Below, piece by piece: positions 51,638 through 64,000 of a stretch of DNA of 64,000 bases (within the stretch, counting starts at the first letter, position 1; each line of letters opens with the position of its first letter). The stretch spans positions 5,922,261-5,986,260 of the forward strand of contig BFEA01000018.1 in the NCBI GenBank assembly GCA_003427395.1. The letters run 5' to 3'. Made by a program: the position numbers and the translations under genes. The stretch is from Chara braunii (Eukaryota > Plantae > Charophyceae). The notes beneath the pieces are model-generated. The model searched no databases, was not told the origin of the DNA, and saw only the letters and a list, made by a program, of their open reading frames with translations.

Positions 51638-51746
51638 TCGATGCAATGGAGATTTGTCATAAGCCCTTTAAAGGTCACCAGTGCGTACACTTACTGCCCA
51701 GCGGCTGTGCCCCTGCGTCCACGACATGATTTGCACGGGTGTGCAT

Positions 51747-52034
51747 GCCAGAAATGTTGTCCGGGATTGCCTACACAAAGGACCTCGCTCCATCAGTCAC
51801 CAAACTCGATTTTCCATTGTGAGTGCTCACCACGGCGCTTTCTAACCAAAACGCCGCCTTGCTCCACCATTCACCACACTTGTTTTTTTTTTTTTTTTTG
51901 CCAGAAATGTTGTCCGGGATTGCCTACACAAAGGACCTCGCTCCATCAGTCGCCAAACTCGATTTTCCATTGTGAGTGCTCACCACGGGGCTTTCTAACC
52001 AAAACGCCGCCTTGCTCCACCATTCACCGCACTT

Positions 52035-52065
<31 letters not shown>
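51747..52065. repeat. ~150 bp tandem duplication ending in T-runs
   Basis: gccagaaatgttgtccggg..cacttgtttt occurs twice. Confidence 0.9.
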
Positions 52066-52069
<4 letters not shown>

Positions 52070-53412
52070 GCACAGCCCGGGTGAATGCTAGGTATGCTGG
52101 TAAGAGCAGACACTCCTAGCAGCACCCGGGGGGCTCCATCTATTGGTGGGGAGCGGCACCTGCTGGAAATCGGGTCCAGCGTCCCACAGATACAACATAG
52201 CAGCACAGTGAGTGTCCGGGCGTCAGGCCATGAAATTGTTGCTTTGGAGCGTCTCTCTCTAGATTCCCTTGGCTGCATATACCCAATCCCCTTGAACAGC
52301 TCCCATTAAAAGGCCAGGTGCCCCCCAGGAACCCGCCCGCCCATTGCTTGGAATCTAAAACTAACCGTGCACTGTAGCCGACGGTGGGCCACCATCCCTG
52401 GTGTCAGCAGCCCCCATAACAACTCAGACCAGACTACTGTCTTCGTCACCAGAGAGCCACCTCGTGACAACTCTGGAAAGAAAAGGTCAGTCTGGTTTAT
52501 CTCTGAACTCGTCCCAAGACAGGGAAGGCCGTGGCTAGGCATTGTGAAATGCTGCTCTCCCCTCCCTGGGTATTGCTGAGGCAGGGATCCTGTCTCTGTT
52601 CTCCGGTGTGCATCTTATGTAACCACCAGCGCCACTTTCGTCAATCGCAGTCGCACCAGTTATTGGCCCCTCCTTGCTGAAGACTATTTGGAGGGCAGGG
52701 AAGGGACGGGGGGAGGGGCAGGGTATAGAGGATAGGGCATCAGACTTCTTGGGCAAGGCAGAGATGTACATCCTAACCACACTACAAGACAAAGACAAGA
52801 CCGCCCCAGCCTTGTCTTGTAGTGTGGTGAGCTCAATGCTATTGGTGAGAACCCAAGACATTCCTACAGGAAAACCAACGAACACCATGGTGAGTGCTCA
52901 CCACAGCCCGGTCACCACGGCATGACAAAACACAAGTGTTCTGACATTGGGGCCGTGGTGAGCGGTGGAGCGGTGAGGCCATTCACAAAAACAGTGTTGT
53001 GCGGTGGAGCGGGTCCTAACTGCTCAGTGGCTGTCTACCAGGGGCCGCCACATTGTATGACCTTTGTCCATGCCAGAATTTTTTTATTTTTTTATTTTTT
53101 TGTATAAATGAAGGAGTCATCTGTAAATTTGCTTCGCAAACACCTAATGTCCGTAAGGTAATGACAGCTGTCAAGGTCGCATGGTGCTACCCTTGCTTGA
53201 TATCAAACTACAGGACCATGACATCCACGCATATGCACGTACATATGCAGTGTGCTAAAAGACCACATAAACAAGCTCTGCGCTGGTCTATGTGACTACC
53301 TCTGTGTGGATTTGGCTGCTGTACACATCCCTGCATGTGTTCTCACAATAAATCGTTGTCTTTCACACAAAAAAAAGTTGTTGTGGCCAACTATTTCCTC
53401 GGAATTCTTCCA

Positions 53413-53483
<71 letters not shown>

Positions 53484-53491
53484 TTCTTCCA

Positions 53492-53602
<111 letters not shown>

Positions 53603-53646
53603 GTTGTCAGGGAGCATTATATAACTGTTGTCCGTTCCAGAAAGGT

Positions 53647-53720
53647 TGTCGGATCTGGGATTCGAACCCAAGACCTCCAGTGTGTGAGACTGGCGTGATA
53701 ACCAACTACACCAACCCGAC
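53647..53720 (-). tRNA. tRNA-Val(CAC)
   Basis: Identical copy with upstream CAA and ATAAAA; weak terminator (TTT). Confidence 0.92.
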
Positions 53721-53872
53721 TTGGGAAGTGGTTAGTGGCCTGGTAACTTTTATGGGGAGAGAGAGAGAAGGTATGGTCTTCTACTGCTGTGCCAGCATGT
53801 AATTTTTCCCATCGGGAGGGCGAGTGTGCTCGGCCCTAGTATAGAATATGTGTAAATACTCGATATGTACAG

Positions 53873-54040
53873 TTAAACCACCAGTACGTTTCCCATATAT
53901 CGGCCCCAGGCAGTTTCGGAGGCCTGAAACGAAAAACGGGCCGCCGATGAAATTTATCAACGGTGGCCCTTTCCCGCTTGGCTTCCGAACTTACCGGGGC
54001 GACTTGTATTTTCAAGCTGGGAAACGTACTGGTGGTTTAA
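53873..54040. mobile_element. pogo/mariner-like MITE
   Basis: Perfect inverted repeat ttaaaccaccagtacgtttccca; left flank reads ta-cagttaaacc. Confidence 0.7.
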
Positions 54041-54264
54041 TTTCTTCTGTTACCATTGGATATGTTGATTAGCTGAAGTCAGGGCATGGGGAAGCTGGAC
54101 TGTTTTTCCAGTGCTATCTGGGTTGATTGTGAGGTGAACGGGCACTGATTTCATTGTGTAATAAAGTTCTGCTCACTTGACTGGTTTGAAAAAAAACAAC
54201 AACAGCGGGGACTGAATCTGGCTTTTATTACGGTCGGCTACATCCAGGATTGTCCTGGGTGTAA

Positions 54265-54777
54265 GGGTCTTGTTAGACACTCCTTGAAAACTGAGTTTCA
54301 AAGAAAGCGGTGTCATTAGACCAGTCCCTGAAACGGAATCCTCGAAACAAGATCTTTGAAAAACTGTGAAGACGCTCAAGGACTACCGGCAGTCCTAAAA
54401 ACTCGAGGATTTCCCAGTGAAATAGTTCCGATTTTCAATGAACCTCGTGAGGTCCAAATCTGGAGAATGCCCTCTCCACTTCGACGCGTTCTTCCTTGAA
54501 TTTACAAAGAACCTCAATTTTCAAATAACCTCACGAGGTTCTTTGAAAACTCAAGGATGAATGAGCCAAAGTGGAGAGGGCATCCTCCGGATTTGAGTCA
54601 TGGTTGTGCGCTATTGGTTGAAAGCCTGAAGCACAGCCCTTTTCGTTTTTTTCAAAAGACATCTTTCTCAGGGCTTCGTCCTTGAAATGGATTTTCAAGG
54701 ACTAGTTCAACCGGGATGCAAAAAATCCTTGAAACGGTGAGAAGTCAAGGATTCCTAACGAGTGTCTTAGACAACCC
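54265..54777. mobile_element. Tourist-like MITE related to Harbinger family B
   Basis: gggtcttgttagacactc..gagtgtcttagacaaccc with a TAA TSD on both sides. Confidence 0.8.
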
Positions 54778-54984
54778 TAAGTGCCCCTCAGATGTATGGC
54801 CGAGAGTAGGCTGTAGCCATGAGGGGAACTAAGATCTGTTTTTCTTTTCAGGTAATACGTTTGAAACACTGACCGTGGGATCAGGAGTCATTGCAGGGCA
54901 GTACTTGGGCCGCTCTACTGCCACACGTCTTTTTAACCCTACCCCGTTGCTAGTGGGACCATGCTCCAGGTGCTATTACCCAGT

Positions 54985-55045
<61 letters not shown>

Positions 55046-55217
55046 GCGGGGGCGCTGTGGGAGAAGGGGGGCCACGAAGGGGTTGAAGTCATGGGGAAGA
55101 TCGAGGTCGTTGATGACATGATTCAGTTGACCCCTGCTTGTCTATCACCAATGAAATGGGGAAGATGGACGGCACAATTTCGATTCTCCTCATTTTTAAA
55201 TTAATGTTTGTTTTTTG

Positions 55218-55569
55218 AGACAGCTGCGCCTGTGACCGCTACACAGTTCAGAATTCGCAGAAATAACAGTCCGCTGCAAGATTGGGCCGTGAGCAGTTCA
55301 AAACAGCAAAAAAAACAGTAAACTATGTGTTCGACGGCCTACCGGTTCATAAGTGGCAAAAACGGGAGGTGGCCTGGGCTAGTGGTACCCCCCTTTATCC
55401 CGTGGCCTGGCCTGGGAGCAGGTACCGGTAGCAGGCCCTCCCGTTTTTTTTGTTTTTTTTTTCCCGTTTTTGGCTTCTGGCGGGAATAGGTTCGGGCTGG
55501 AAAATGATCCCACTTTGTCAGTACAGGAAAAGCCACCCACCGCGCCACGTGCCCCTTTAACACCCACCC

Positions 55570-55615
<46 letters not shown>

Positions 55616-56318
55616 CTGCTGCTCGGCCCACCAAAGTGCAAATGTATCTGGTCCATTGGACCGCGTCAGATACATTCGCACCATTTTTTTTGGGACATGC
55701 TAATCTTCTCTGTATCNNNNNNNNNNNNNNNNNNNNNNNNNNNNNNNNNNNNNNNNNNNNNNNNNNNNNNNNNNNNNNNNNNNNNNNNNNNNNNNNNNNN
55801 NNNNNNNNNNNNNNNNNNNNNNNNNNNNNNNNNNNNNNNNNNNNNNNNNNNNNNNNNNNNNNNNNNNNNNNNNNNNNNNNNNNNNNNNNNNNNNNNNNNN
55901 NNNNNNNNNNNNNNNNNNNNNNNNNNNNNNNNNNNNNNNNNNNNNNNNNNNNNNNNNNNNNNNNNNNNNNNNNNNNNNNNCACACACACACACACACACA
56001 CACACACAGCGGGGTTTCCACAACCGCAGTCCACGGCTACCCGCCCGAACAGAGTCCCGCCAGAAGCCAAAAATGGAAAAAAAAAAAAAAAAGGGAGGGC
56101 CTGCTGCCGGTACCTGCTCCCAGGCCAGGCCACGGGGTAAAGGGAGGTACCACTAGCCCAGGCCACCTCCCGTTTTTGCCACTTGTGAACCGATAGGCCG
56201 TCGAACACATAGTTTACTGTTTTTTTTGCTGTTTCGAACTGCTCACGGCCCAATCTTGCAGCGGACTGTTATTTCTGTGAAGTCTGAACTGTGCAGCAGT
56301 CGCAGGTGCAGTTTTGTC
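55218..56318. mobile_element. Foldback/MULE-like element with ~270 bp inverted arms spanning a gap
   Basis: 55220-55486 is the diverged reverse complement of 56054-56312. Confidence 0.7.
55695..55716 (-). pseudogene. U6: U6 fragment truncated by a gap
   Basis: catgctaatcttctctgtatc runs directly into Ns. Confidence 0.6.
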
Positions 56319-56829
56319 TTGTTTTTTTTGTGCTAAAAAAGGGGAAACTAGAAAAAGGATATTCTTTGTCTCGCTATCTTCAAAGGTTCACTGACGAGTA
56401 TCATTGGTAACAGAGGAAAAATATTGACAACGGTATTTAATTGAAACCTTGCTTTTCTGTCTTCTTCTTGGTGTATGGATTTTCTTTCGTTCTGGATTTT
56501 CAATGGGTGATGTAGTCTTTGATTCGTCCACTTTACCTTACATGGATTGTCTCGAGTTGTAAACAAATATAAGTAGTATATAGTAAATACACATGCACAT
56601 GCACAGGTCAATAAATACACATGCACCAGGTCCAAGCACACGACGACGAGATATTTTTTGGGCCTTCAATAGTAAATTGGCAGGGAATGCCACTGCTGCC
56701 TTCAGAGCGCTTGTTTCTCTGCCTCACCAGATGCTGCAAGAAGGGGCAGCGTTGATAGAGGAGTTGAAGACAAGAATGGTCGAAGAGAAGGACCCATAGA
56801 TCACTCTCCTCTCCAAAATTGCCCTCCAC

Positions 56830-57325
56830 AAAGATGATGGCCAATAGGGATCTTGACGGAGGTGATGAGGGAGATGATGACGATGGAAATGGAGGGAAGA
56901 AGGGGAAGAAGCCCGGAAAGGGGAAGATGAAGGAAGGAGATGAGGAGGCCAGGGATAAGATCAAGATGAAGATGCTCTGGACCTATACCGGTAAGAAGGA
57001 GGAGAACTTCATGCATTGGATGCGTCTGTCAAAAATTACGCGTACGGCCAGAAGGTAGTGCCATCCTTGCAGGTCGTGTTCGCTGCCTCTTGTCTGGGCG
57101 GCGACACAGCGAGTTACTCTAGTTCCCTTGTAGAGAATGCAGGGTGCCAGAGAGACATCATACAGTACTCTCACATCACCCCCTTAGAAGTCTATTTAGA
57201 TGCGCTATATAGGAGGTTCGAAGATAAGATGAGGGGGAGGCGCAAGACACAGAAGATTTTGAACATGCATAGAGGGAATTAGAAGAGCGTGCATGCACTG
57301 AAGTCCTATATGGACGAGCTGTGAG
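56830..57325 (+). pseudogene. Retrotransposon gag fragment
   Basis: KIKMKMLWTYTGKKEENFMHW, then after a frameshift QVVFAASCLGGDTASY..YLDALYRRFED..ALKSYMDEL; includes a stop. Confidence 0.6.
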
Positions 57326-57578
57326 TTGCTTGTGTGATAGTGCGCTGTGGATGGAAGGTGGGCGCTGGCAGAGGAGCGAGTGCCCGACGGGGAAGAATGT
57401 CTGGTTACCATAGCTCGTGTTAGAAGGTTAAGGAAGAAGGTGTCCATAGTGGGCAGAGTAGGGCGACACACTGCAGTTGCATTCAGGGTAGATCTAGGCG
57501 AGGGAGGAGAGTTGAGCGCAGCAGGGAGGTTGAGCGATTCAAGTCTTGAGAGAGATACGAGAGAGATACGAGAGAGAT

Positions 57579-57665
<87 letters not shown>

Positions 57666-58839
57666 NNNNNNNNNNNNNNNNNNNNNNNNNNNNNNNNNNN
57701 NNNNNNNNNNNNNNNNNNNNNNNNNNNNNNNNNNNNNNNNNNNNNNNNNNNNNNNGGGGGGGGGGGAGGAGTTGAGTACATACCTGCAATCGGGTTGTTG
57801 TGTTGGATTGCGGCCACTGCCGCTGAACATCTGAACTTTCCAATTATATTATATCATATTTTCGAGTGGAAATTCTTCAGGTGCTGATTCTTGTGTCATC
57901 TCTCTGTGCAGTGTGAACTTTCATCTGAATGTTCTCTGCATACATGTTGTGAGTTGGATTGGAATTGCAAGGTTCATTCCATTTCCTACACCAATTCCAA
58001 TTCCGTGTCGGTTCCATTCTTCATATGAAGGCTTACTCACACTAGCTCCATCTTAAATGTATCTGACCGCATTTACGACCGGACCTGGATGCATCTGATG
58101 GCAATTACGTCTATAAATAAGTAAAAAACTCCTAGTGGTGTCCTGAATTCTGATTTCAGACTAGTTTGTGGGAATTGATTCTGAATGTCGGTTCTGCTGG
58201 CCAGAGCATATTCTGTGTCATATCCTTATCCATACGTGCTTATCCTTGTCCTTTGTTTTGGGGATAAGGACATGGCTAGCCTTTTTGGTTTTTCAAAATC
58301 CTGAAAACTACCCTTCCACCCCCGAACATGCAACAGCCAGTCATCACGTACAGCAATAATGACTGGGTGTTATATTCGGGGAAATAAGATAACATCGCCA
58401 CATTGAGCTGGGCGTCTGCTTGTTGCGGTGCTCCGTCCGTGACTGGGCGAGTTTCTCTCTTTCGAGAGGTCCCTAGTGCCTGCTTGTTTTTTTTTTTTTT
58501 TTGGTGTTTGTATTATGAATTTATGAGCCCATATCGTTTGTTTCCAAAGTTTTCCACTATGTTGGCTGTGGTGACATGGCAAAAACGGCGAACTTTTGGC
58601 CCTCAGGTAACCATCTCTCCACGCTACGCATCTGACCGCAATTATGACCTGGCCTGAATGCATCTGACTGCAATTTTATGCTGAGGTCAGTCGAGGAAGA
58701 GGATGTCCCAGTGGGATTTTGTCCTGAGCCGGCTATTTTTTTTCTCTGCCTAAACGACCACTTAGCTTGGACGACTGGAGACCCACCCTTTTCAGTCCCT
58801 CTGTTTGATTGATTGACTATTCGATGACTGCGGTTCTCT

Positions 58840-58870
<31 letters not shown>

Positions 58871-59170
58871 TCTTTCTGTCTGCAGGGGCTGGTCCAATAC
58901 TTCAGGGTGATGATCTACCAAATTAGTACCAATCCATTTTTTATTTAAGGATTGTCTTAAATTAATTTGCTGAAAACCCGTCTATGTATTCCAATATGTT
59001 TGTTCATGCACAATTTCAAGTCCAATTCGGCAACCGCTGCAGATGCGTCACTCCAATTGTAACACCCATGTATTAATGTTCATGTCTCTTATCCATATTC
59101 TTTCCCTATCCATACATTAATGTACATGTATTTAAGAATAACATTCGAGGACTCCAACTTCCAATTGCAG

Positions 59171-60561
59171 GTGGCACGTGCTGACGAGTGCCGTTCTGGA
59201 GACTGATATGCCTTGTGGAGAGCTGTGGTGCCCACTGCGTTTGAGCGTTCACACCTTCTCACGATCTGTTTCTCCACTCCTGCGACGGGCAGTCACATGG
59301 CCGCGCTTGCGCCACGTGGACTTGTCTGGATGTGCCTGGCTCGGCGACGATGAGGTCAGACCGTTGGTTAGGTGTTCCCTCTCTGAGCTTCGGCTGTCAG
59401 GCCTGCAGAGAATATCAGTGGGAGTGCTACAGCTCATTGCGAGTGGATGCAGGAGGATGAATAGCATTACGAGTAGCGTCGGTGGTAGCAACAGGGCGCA
59501 GGAGCAGGCACCTGTCCCTGGTGGTGGAGGTGGAGAACTTGTTTTGGCACCACAGCCGCTTGGAGGAATGCCAGCTGCCTTGCCACTTGGAAGAGGACCA
59601 GGGATTGCAGGGAGAGAGGAAGAGATGATGGCGGCGACGACGGCGATGATGAGAAATGCTGCGAGGACCCACACGCTTGCTACAGTTCCGTTTGTTCCTC
59701 GAAGAGATCAAGAGAGGGCAAGAGATGCCCTTGGACCAGAACACCCAGCTTCTTTGGCATTTGCTGATGCTGGTGGTGCTGGTGCTGCTGTGGTTGGCCG
59801 GGAGGATACGGACATCGATCGGGACAGGGTTTCACAGGAGATGCGGGTGTTAGCCGATCGAGTTCGTGAGACTCAGGTAGAAGTTCGAGCTCTCGTGGAT
59901 GGCGTTCGAGTGTTGTTGGGAGAAGGGGGGGGAAGAGTGGGCAGAGAGGCACAGCGAGGAGAACTGCGCACGAGAGCCGCGCGGAGGCCTCCAGCTTCCC
60001 CTGTCCGAACGCCAGAATCTGAACGAATTGAAAGGGGAACGAGGGTTGCCAATGAGGCTGGCGGTGAAGGCTCAAGGGATTTGAGAGGTGGAGAAGGACA
60101 AGGAGAAGTAGGAGGGGGAAGAGGAGGAGGAGGAGGAGGAGGAAGACGGGGAGAAGAAGGTGGTGATCGAGAAGCTGATAGTCGAGGTGGTGCCCTTCAA
60201 TCCCTGGATTTGTCGAGGACTACTGTGAGGAATCGAGCTGTCGTTTTGATGGCAACGTTGGGTGGGTGGGCCAATTTGAGAGAATTAAGACTTGATGGAT
60301 GCATTCTTGTGTCCGATGTGGGAATTACTGCGATGGCAGGGGCATGCCCGAAGCTGAGGGTGTTGTCTCTTAGCTCAGTTGGAGGACTCACTAATCAGGG
60401 ATTGGCATCCATAGGGCTCTGGCTTAGAGACTTGGAAGTGCTGAATCTCTCTAGCTGTAGGAATGTCAGTGATCTTCGGGAGGTAGTGCGGAACTGCTCA
60501 CGCCTGATGGATCTCGATCTCGGCGACACGGGGGTCCGGACGTCCGATGTGGCGGACATTG
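59171..60561 (+). CDS. F-box/LRR protein exon 2 (LRRs with a low-complexity insert)
   Basis: Acceptor ttgcag|G TGG completes CKR-WHVL. LRRs: LRHVDLSGCAWLGD, LRELRLDGCILVSDVGI, LRVLSLSSVGGLTNQGL, LEVLNLSSCRNVSD. Donor G|gtaagc, phase 1. Confidence 0.9.
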
Positions 60562-60725
60562 GTAAGCATGCTTGTTTTCTTCCTTCCTCTCTTTTCTTTA
60601 TTTTGTCCTCTTTTCTTCTATCTTGTTTTATTCCTCTTTGTGTCTTATCATTTTTTTTTTCCCCTTTCCATTTCCGTCTCTTTCACCTACGCTCTTTCTT
60701 CTTTCCGGTTACCTTCTTCTTTTCC

Positions 60726-60830
60726 AAAAGTTGTGAGTCATTTCTCCTTTTATGCATGCCATCCTTGTGCAGGGGCCATGCTAATCTTCTCTGCATCATT
60801 CTGATTCTACCTAATGTCCCGAAGGGCAAC
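60726..60830 (-). pseudogene. U6: Degenerate full-length U6 copy in intron 2
   Basis: catccttgtgcaggggccatgctaatcttctctgcatc..atgtcccgaagggcaac. Confidence 0.85.
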
Positions 60831-62103
60831 CGGTTTTCCTCTCTCTTTTTCTCACTCTCTCTTTCTCCTTCCCTTCAATTCTCCTTTTTGCATTTTGTCT
60901 CTTTCTTTTTTTCTGCTTCTCCCCTTTCTTCTTACTTCCTGTCTTTATTCCTTACTCCCCCCTCCTGGTCAATAAAATGAGGCAGTGAAGGGTGGCAATG
61001 GTTGAGTTCATCTAACAATTCAACAGGCTTAGACAACTCGACTCGTTGGTTATCGCGTCAAAGTTTTTCACTCAATCAACCGCTGTGGAGCAAGTTCTCA
61101 TACTCATTGGTATACGACCATAATGAAGTTAGGCACTGCCTTCTTTCTGCCTTTTTCTTTAATTCTGTTCTTTTTCTCCGTGGCTTCATCCGCTGTTGCC
61201 TNNNNNNNNNNNNNNNNNNNNNNNNNNNNNNNNNNNNNNNNNNNNNNNNNNNNNNNNNNNNNNNNNNNNNNNNNNNNNNNNNNNNNNNNNNNNNNNNNNN
61301 NNNNNNNNNNNNNNNNNNNNNNNNNNNNNNNNNNNNNNNNNNNNNNNNNNNNNNNNNNNNNNNNNNNNNNNNNNNNNNNNNNNNNNNNNNNNNNNNNNNN
61401 NNNNNNNNNNNNNNNNNNNNNNNNNNNNNNNNNNNNNNNNNNNNNNNNNNNNNNNNNNNNNNNNNNNNNNNNNNNNNNNNNNNNNNNNNNNNNNNNNNNN
61501 NNNNNNNNNNNNNNNNNNNNNNNNNNNNNNNNNNNNNNNNNNNNNNNNNNNNNNNNNNNNNNNNNNNNNNNNNNNNNNNNNNNNNNNNNNNNNNNNNNNN
61601 NNNNNNNNNNNNNNNNNNNNNNNNNNNNNNNNNNNNNNNNNNNNNNNNNNNNNNNNNNNNNNNNNNNNNNNNNNNNNNNNNNNNNNNNNNNNNNNNNNNN
61701 NNNNNNNNNNNNNNNNNNNNNNNNNNNNNNNNNNNNNNNNNNNNNNNNNNNNNNNNNNNNNNNNNNNNNNNNNNNNNNNNNNNNNNNNNNNNNNNNTTCT
61801 TCTTCTTCTTCTTCTTCTTCTTCTTCTTCTTCTTCTATTTTCTTCTTCTATCTTCTTCTTGGCGAGGCTTGCAAGCACATGGGGCTTCGGGGTCATATGT
61901 GTAAATTGTTGTTGTTGTTGTTGTTGTTCTTCTTCTTCCACCAATTGGCGAGGCTTGCAAGCAGATGGGGCTTCGGGGTCATATGCGTAAATTGTTATAT
62001 GCGTAAATTGTTCTCGGGCTTTGCACTATCTTATTCCTCAGACTTATGTTATATGAATCATATGACCATTCTCGTGTTTTATTTGCCTAATTTCCTTTTG
62101 CAG

Positions 62104-63224
62104 CCTGGATTGCGAAATCCCTCACAAGGTTGTCGCTACGGGATTGCTTCATATTTGACGTCGGGGTTTCTGCGGTTTTTCGCTCCGTGGCATCATTTCA
62201 GAGGCTGCGGGAACTCGATTTATCAGGCATCAAGCACCTGACAGAGTGTCTGTGTGCACGTCTGTGTCCGAAGCAACTACGCTTCTGTTTCCTCTGTTAT
62301 CCGACAAAGTTTTCACAGGCGTGGAGCAAAGAGAAGGCGGGAGGTTGGTACGCAGACTGGCAGAGCCTGCGGCGGCAGAACAAGAAGGAGGGTGCCCTCC
62401 ATGGCCAGCAGGGGTTGTCAAGTGAGGGGCTGCGTATCTCACATTCACTCGACGATTGCCCACAGACGGCCATGGGATCTGCAGCAAGCTATGGCACCTG
62501 TGGTGGCGGCGATACTCACGCCGAACAGCGTGGACTCGGAAGCTTGACCGGGGTGGCCTGGCATTCCCCATCTGCTGTTGCACATAACCAAACTGGAGCT
62601 TGGAGGAACACAGGGGACTCCTGCAGTCACGTTGTCGATAACTCAGTGTCATCACCGGTTCTTGCCGACCTATCGACCAATGAGCCTGGCGACGACCAAG
62701 TACACAGAGGCTCTGGCAACTCTGCTGTTGTGGAGGGCAGCCGCCACCAGCAGAGAGACGCTGAGAACTCTGCTCTTGCGGAGAGAAGCCTGGCACATCG
62801 AGTCACTGCAAACTCTGCTCTTGTAGAGGGCGAGGAAGCGCGTGGCCTTTCTGTGAGCGAGGAGGCAGTTGGTTGTTCCAGTAATGGCGGCTGTGCGACC
62901 AGCAGCCAATCTGATGCCTCTCTTGCAGCAGGGTCGGGTGGCTCATTGACGTGCTTGGATCTATCGGGTAGCAAAGTCCTCTCTTGCAAAACAGTTCAGT
63001 TCCTGGCTGGGCATTATCCAGGCTTGGTCCATCTTTCCCTGGCTGGTTGCCAGGGGATGTCTGCGGAGGTACTCAGAGAGTGTGGTTGCCTGTGGCAGAA
63101 CCTAAAGACCCTATCTTTGGCAGGTGTGATTGAGCTTTCAGTGGACAGAGAAGCAGTGCACGAAGCCGTGATGTCAATGGCATGTTGCAGCGGCACCTCT
63201 CTTGAATCGTTATCATTGGACGGG
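62104..63224 (+). CDS. F-box/LRR protein exon 3 (gene probably continues beyond the window)
   Basis: Acceptor ttttgcag|CC is phase-compatible. LRRs: LTRLSLRDCFIFD, LRELDLSGIKHLT, LTCLDLSGSKVL, LVHLSLAGCQGM. End set at a putative donor gtagga; otherwise the frame stops at 63326. Confidence 0.82.
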
Positions 63225-63790
63225 GTAGGAAAAACAGGACACTCCCGTCTTCGTGTGTGGTATTCATCTTTCTTAGTCTATTCAAGTTTCTATCGTATAG
63301 CAGCACTGCTGGAAAGTAACTATTGATGAACTGTAGAGTATTCGGCATTTGGCTGCTTTTGGCATCTGGTTATTTTTATTTTACCCTGCTCTCTGTTTAT
63401 TTAATCCTGCTGTGTATTTTCTATTTACTATTTATAATTTTATACTAATTTATAGTAGCTTTATGCAAGCCTGCTGTGTATTTGTTTAACCTGGGCCTGG
63501 TGTAGCTGTGTATATTATTTTGTCCTCGTGTAGATTTAATATTTAAACAACCCTGCTGTGTGTTTATTTAATCCTGGAGCGTATTTATACAACCCTACTT
63601 TGTGTGTTGTTTAGCCCTGGTGTATACTTATGTAACCCTGCTGTGTATATATTTAACGGAATTTTTAATTTAACCATTTGGGAGTGCGAGTATGTGCTTC
63701 AGGCATTGTGAGATGGCCTTGATGTTCGATTGCTCGTATTGCAGTTGGCTTGCTCGTAACTAGCTCTACATTGTTTATTTCTCAGTTTGT

Positions 63791-63883
63791 GTTAAAATTG
63801 GAACGATACACAGAAGATTGGCATGGCCCTGTGCAAGGATGACACACATAAATCGAGAAATGGTCCAAATTAAAAACAAAAAA
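63791..63883 (+). pseudogene. U6: 5'-truncated U6 retrocopy with an A-rich tail
   Basis: gttaaaattggaacgatacacagaagattggcatggccctgtgcaaggatgacacacataaatcgagaaatggtccaaatt followed by aaaaacaaaaaa. Confidence 0.9.
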
Positions 63884-64000
63884 GCTTGAAAAAACTTCAA
63901 AAAAGAGCTCAGGTCAACTTATTGTCCCCACCAATCAGCTGTCGGTGAATGTTTTGGCTACGAAAAAGATTAGACTTATTTCATCTGTCATATGTGCGAC

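Noticed and set aside
60562-60980. Hydrophobic membrane-like C-terminus of the 600 aa ORF
   Set aside because: Read-through into a pyrimidine-rich intron after a strong GTAAGC donor.

Overview
Repeat-rich eukaryotic draft sequence with several N-gaps and two leftover Nextera mate-pair adapters. It is green-lineage (plant-type U6 and tRNA flanks); the composition suggests a charophyte alga such as Chara, which is inference. Host genes: an intronless cytosolic triosephosphate isomerase (15954-16721, +) and an F-box/LRR gene (+) whose F-box 'CKR|W' motif is split by a ~21.8 kb first intron (37374-59170). That intron holds three identical tRNA-Val(CAC) genes, gag and LINE relics, MITEs and U6/28S retro-fragments. 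The first 34 kb has two PIF/Harbinger families, each with TTA/TAA TSDs and a cognate MITE, and a 5.5 kb TGTGAC...GTCACA LTR-like unit joined head-to-tail to a second copy through CA-TA-TG. The most unusual signals are seven U6 snRNA copies (one with twin-priming structure, one next to a 28S fragment), a ~250 bp near-perfect hairpin upstream of the F-box gene, and a five-copy dispersed double-hairpin element. No prokaryotic-type system such as CRISPR is supported.
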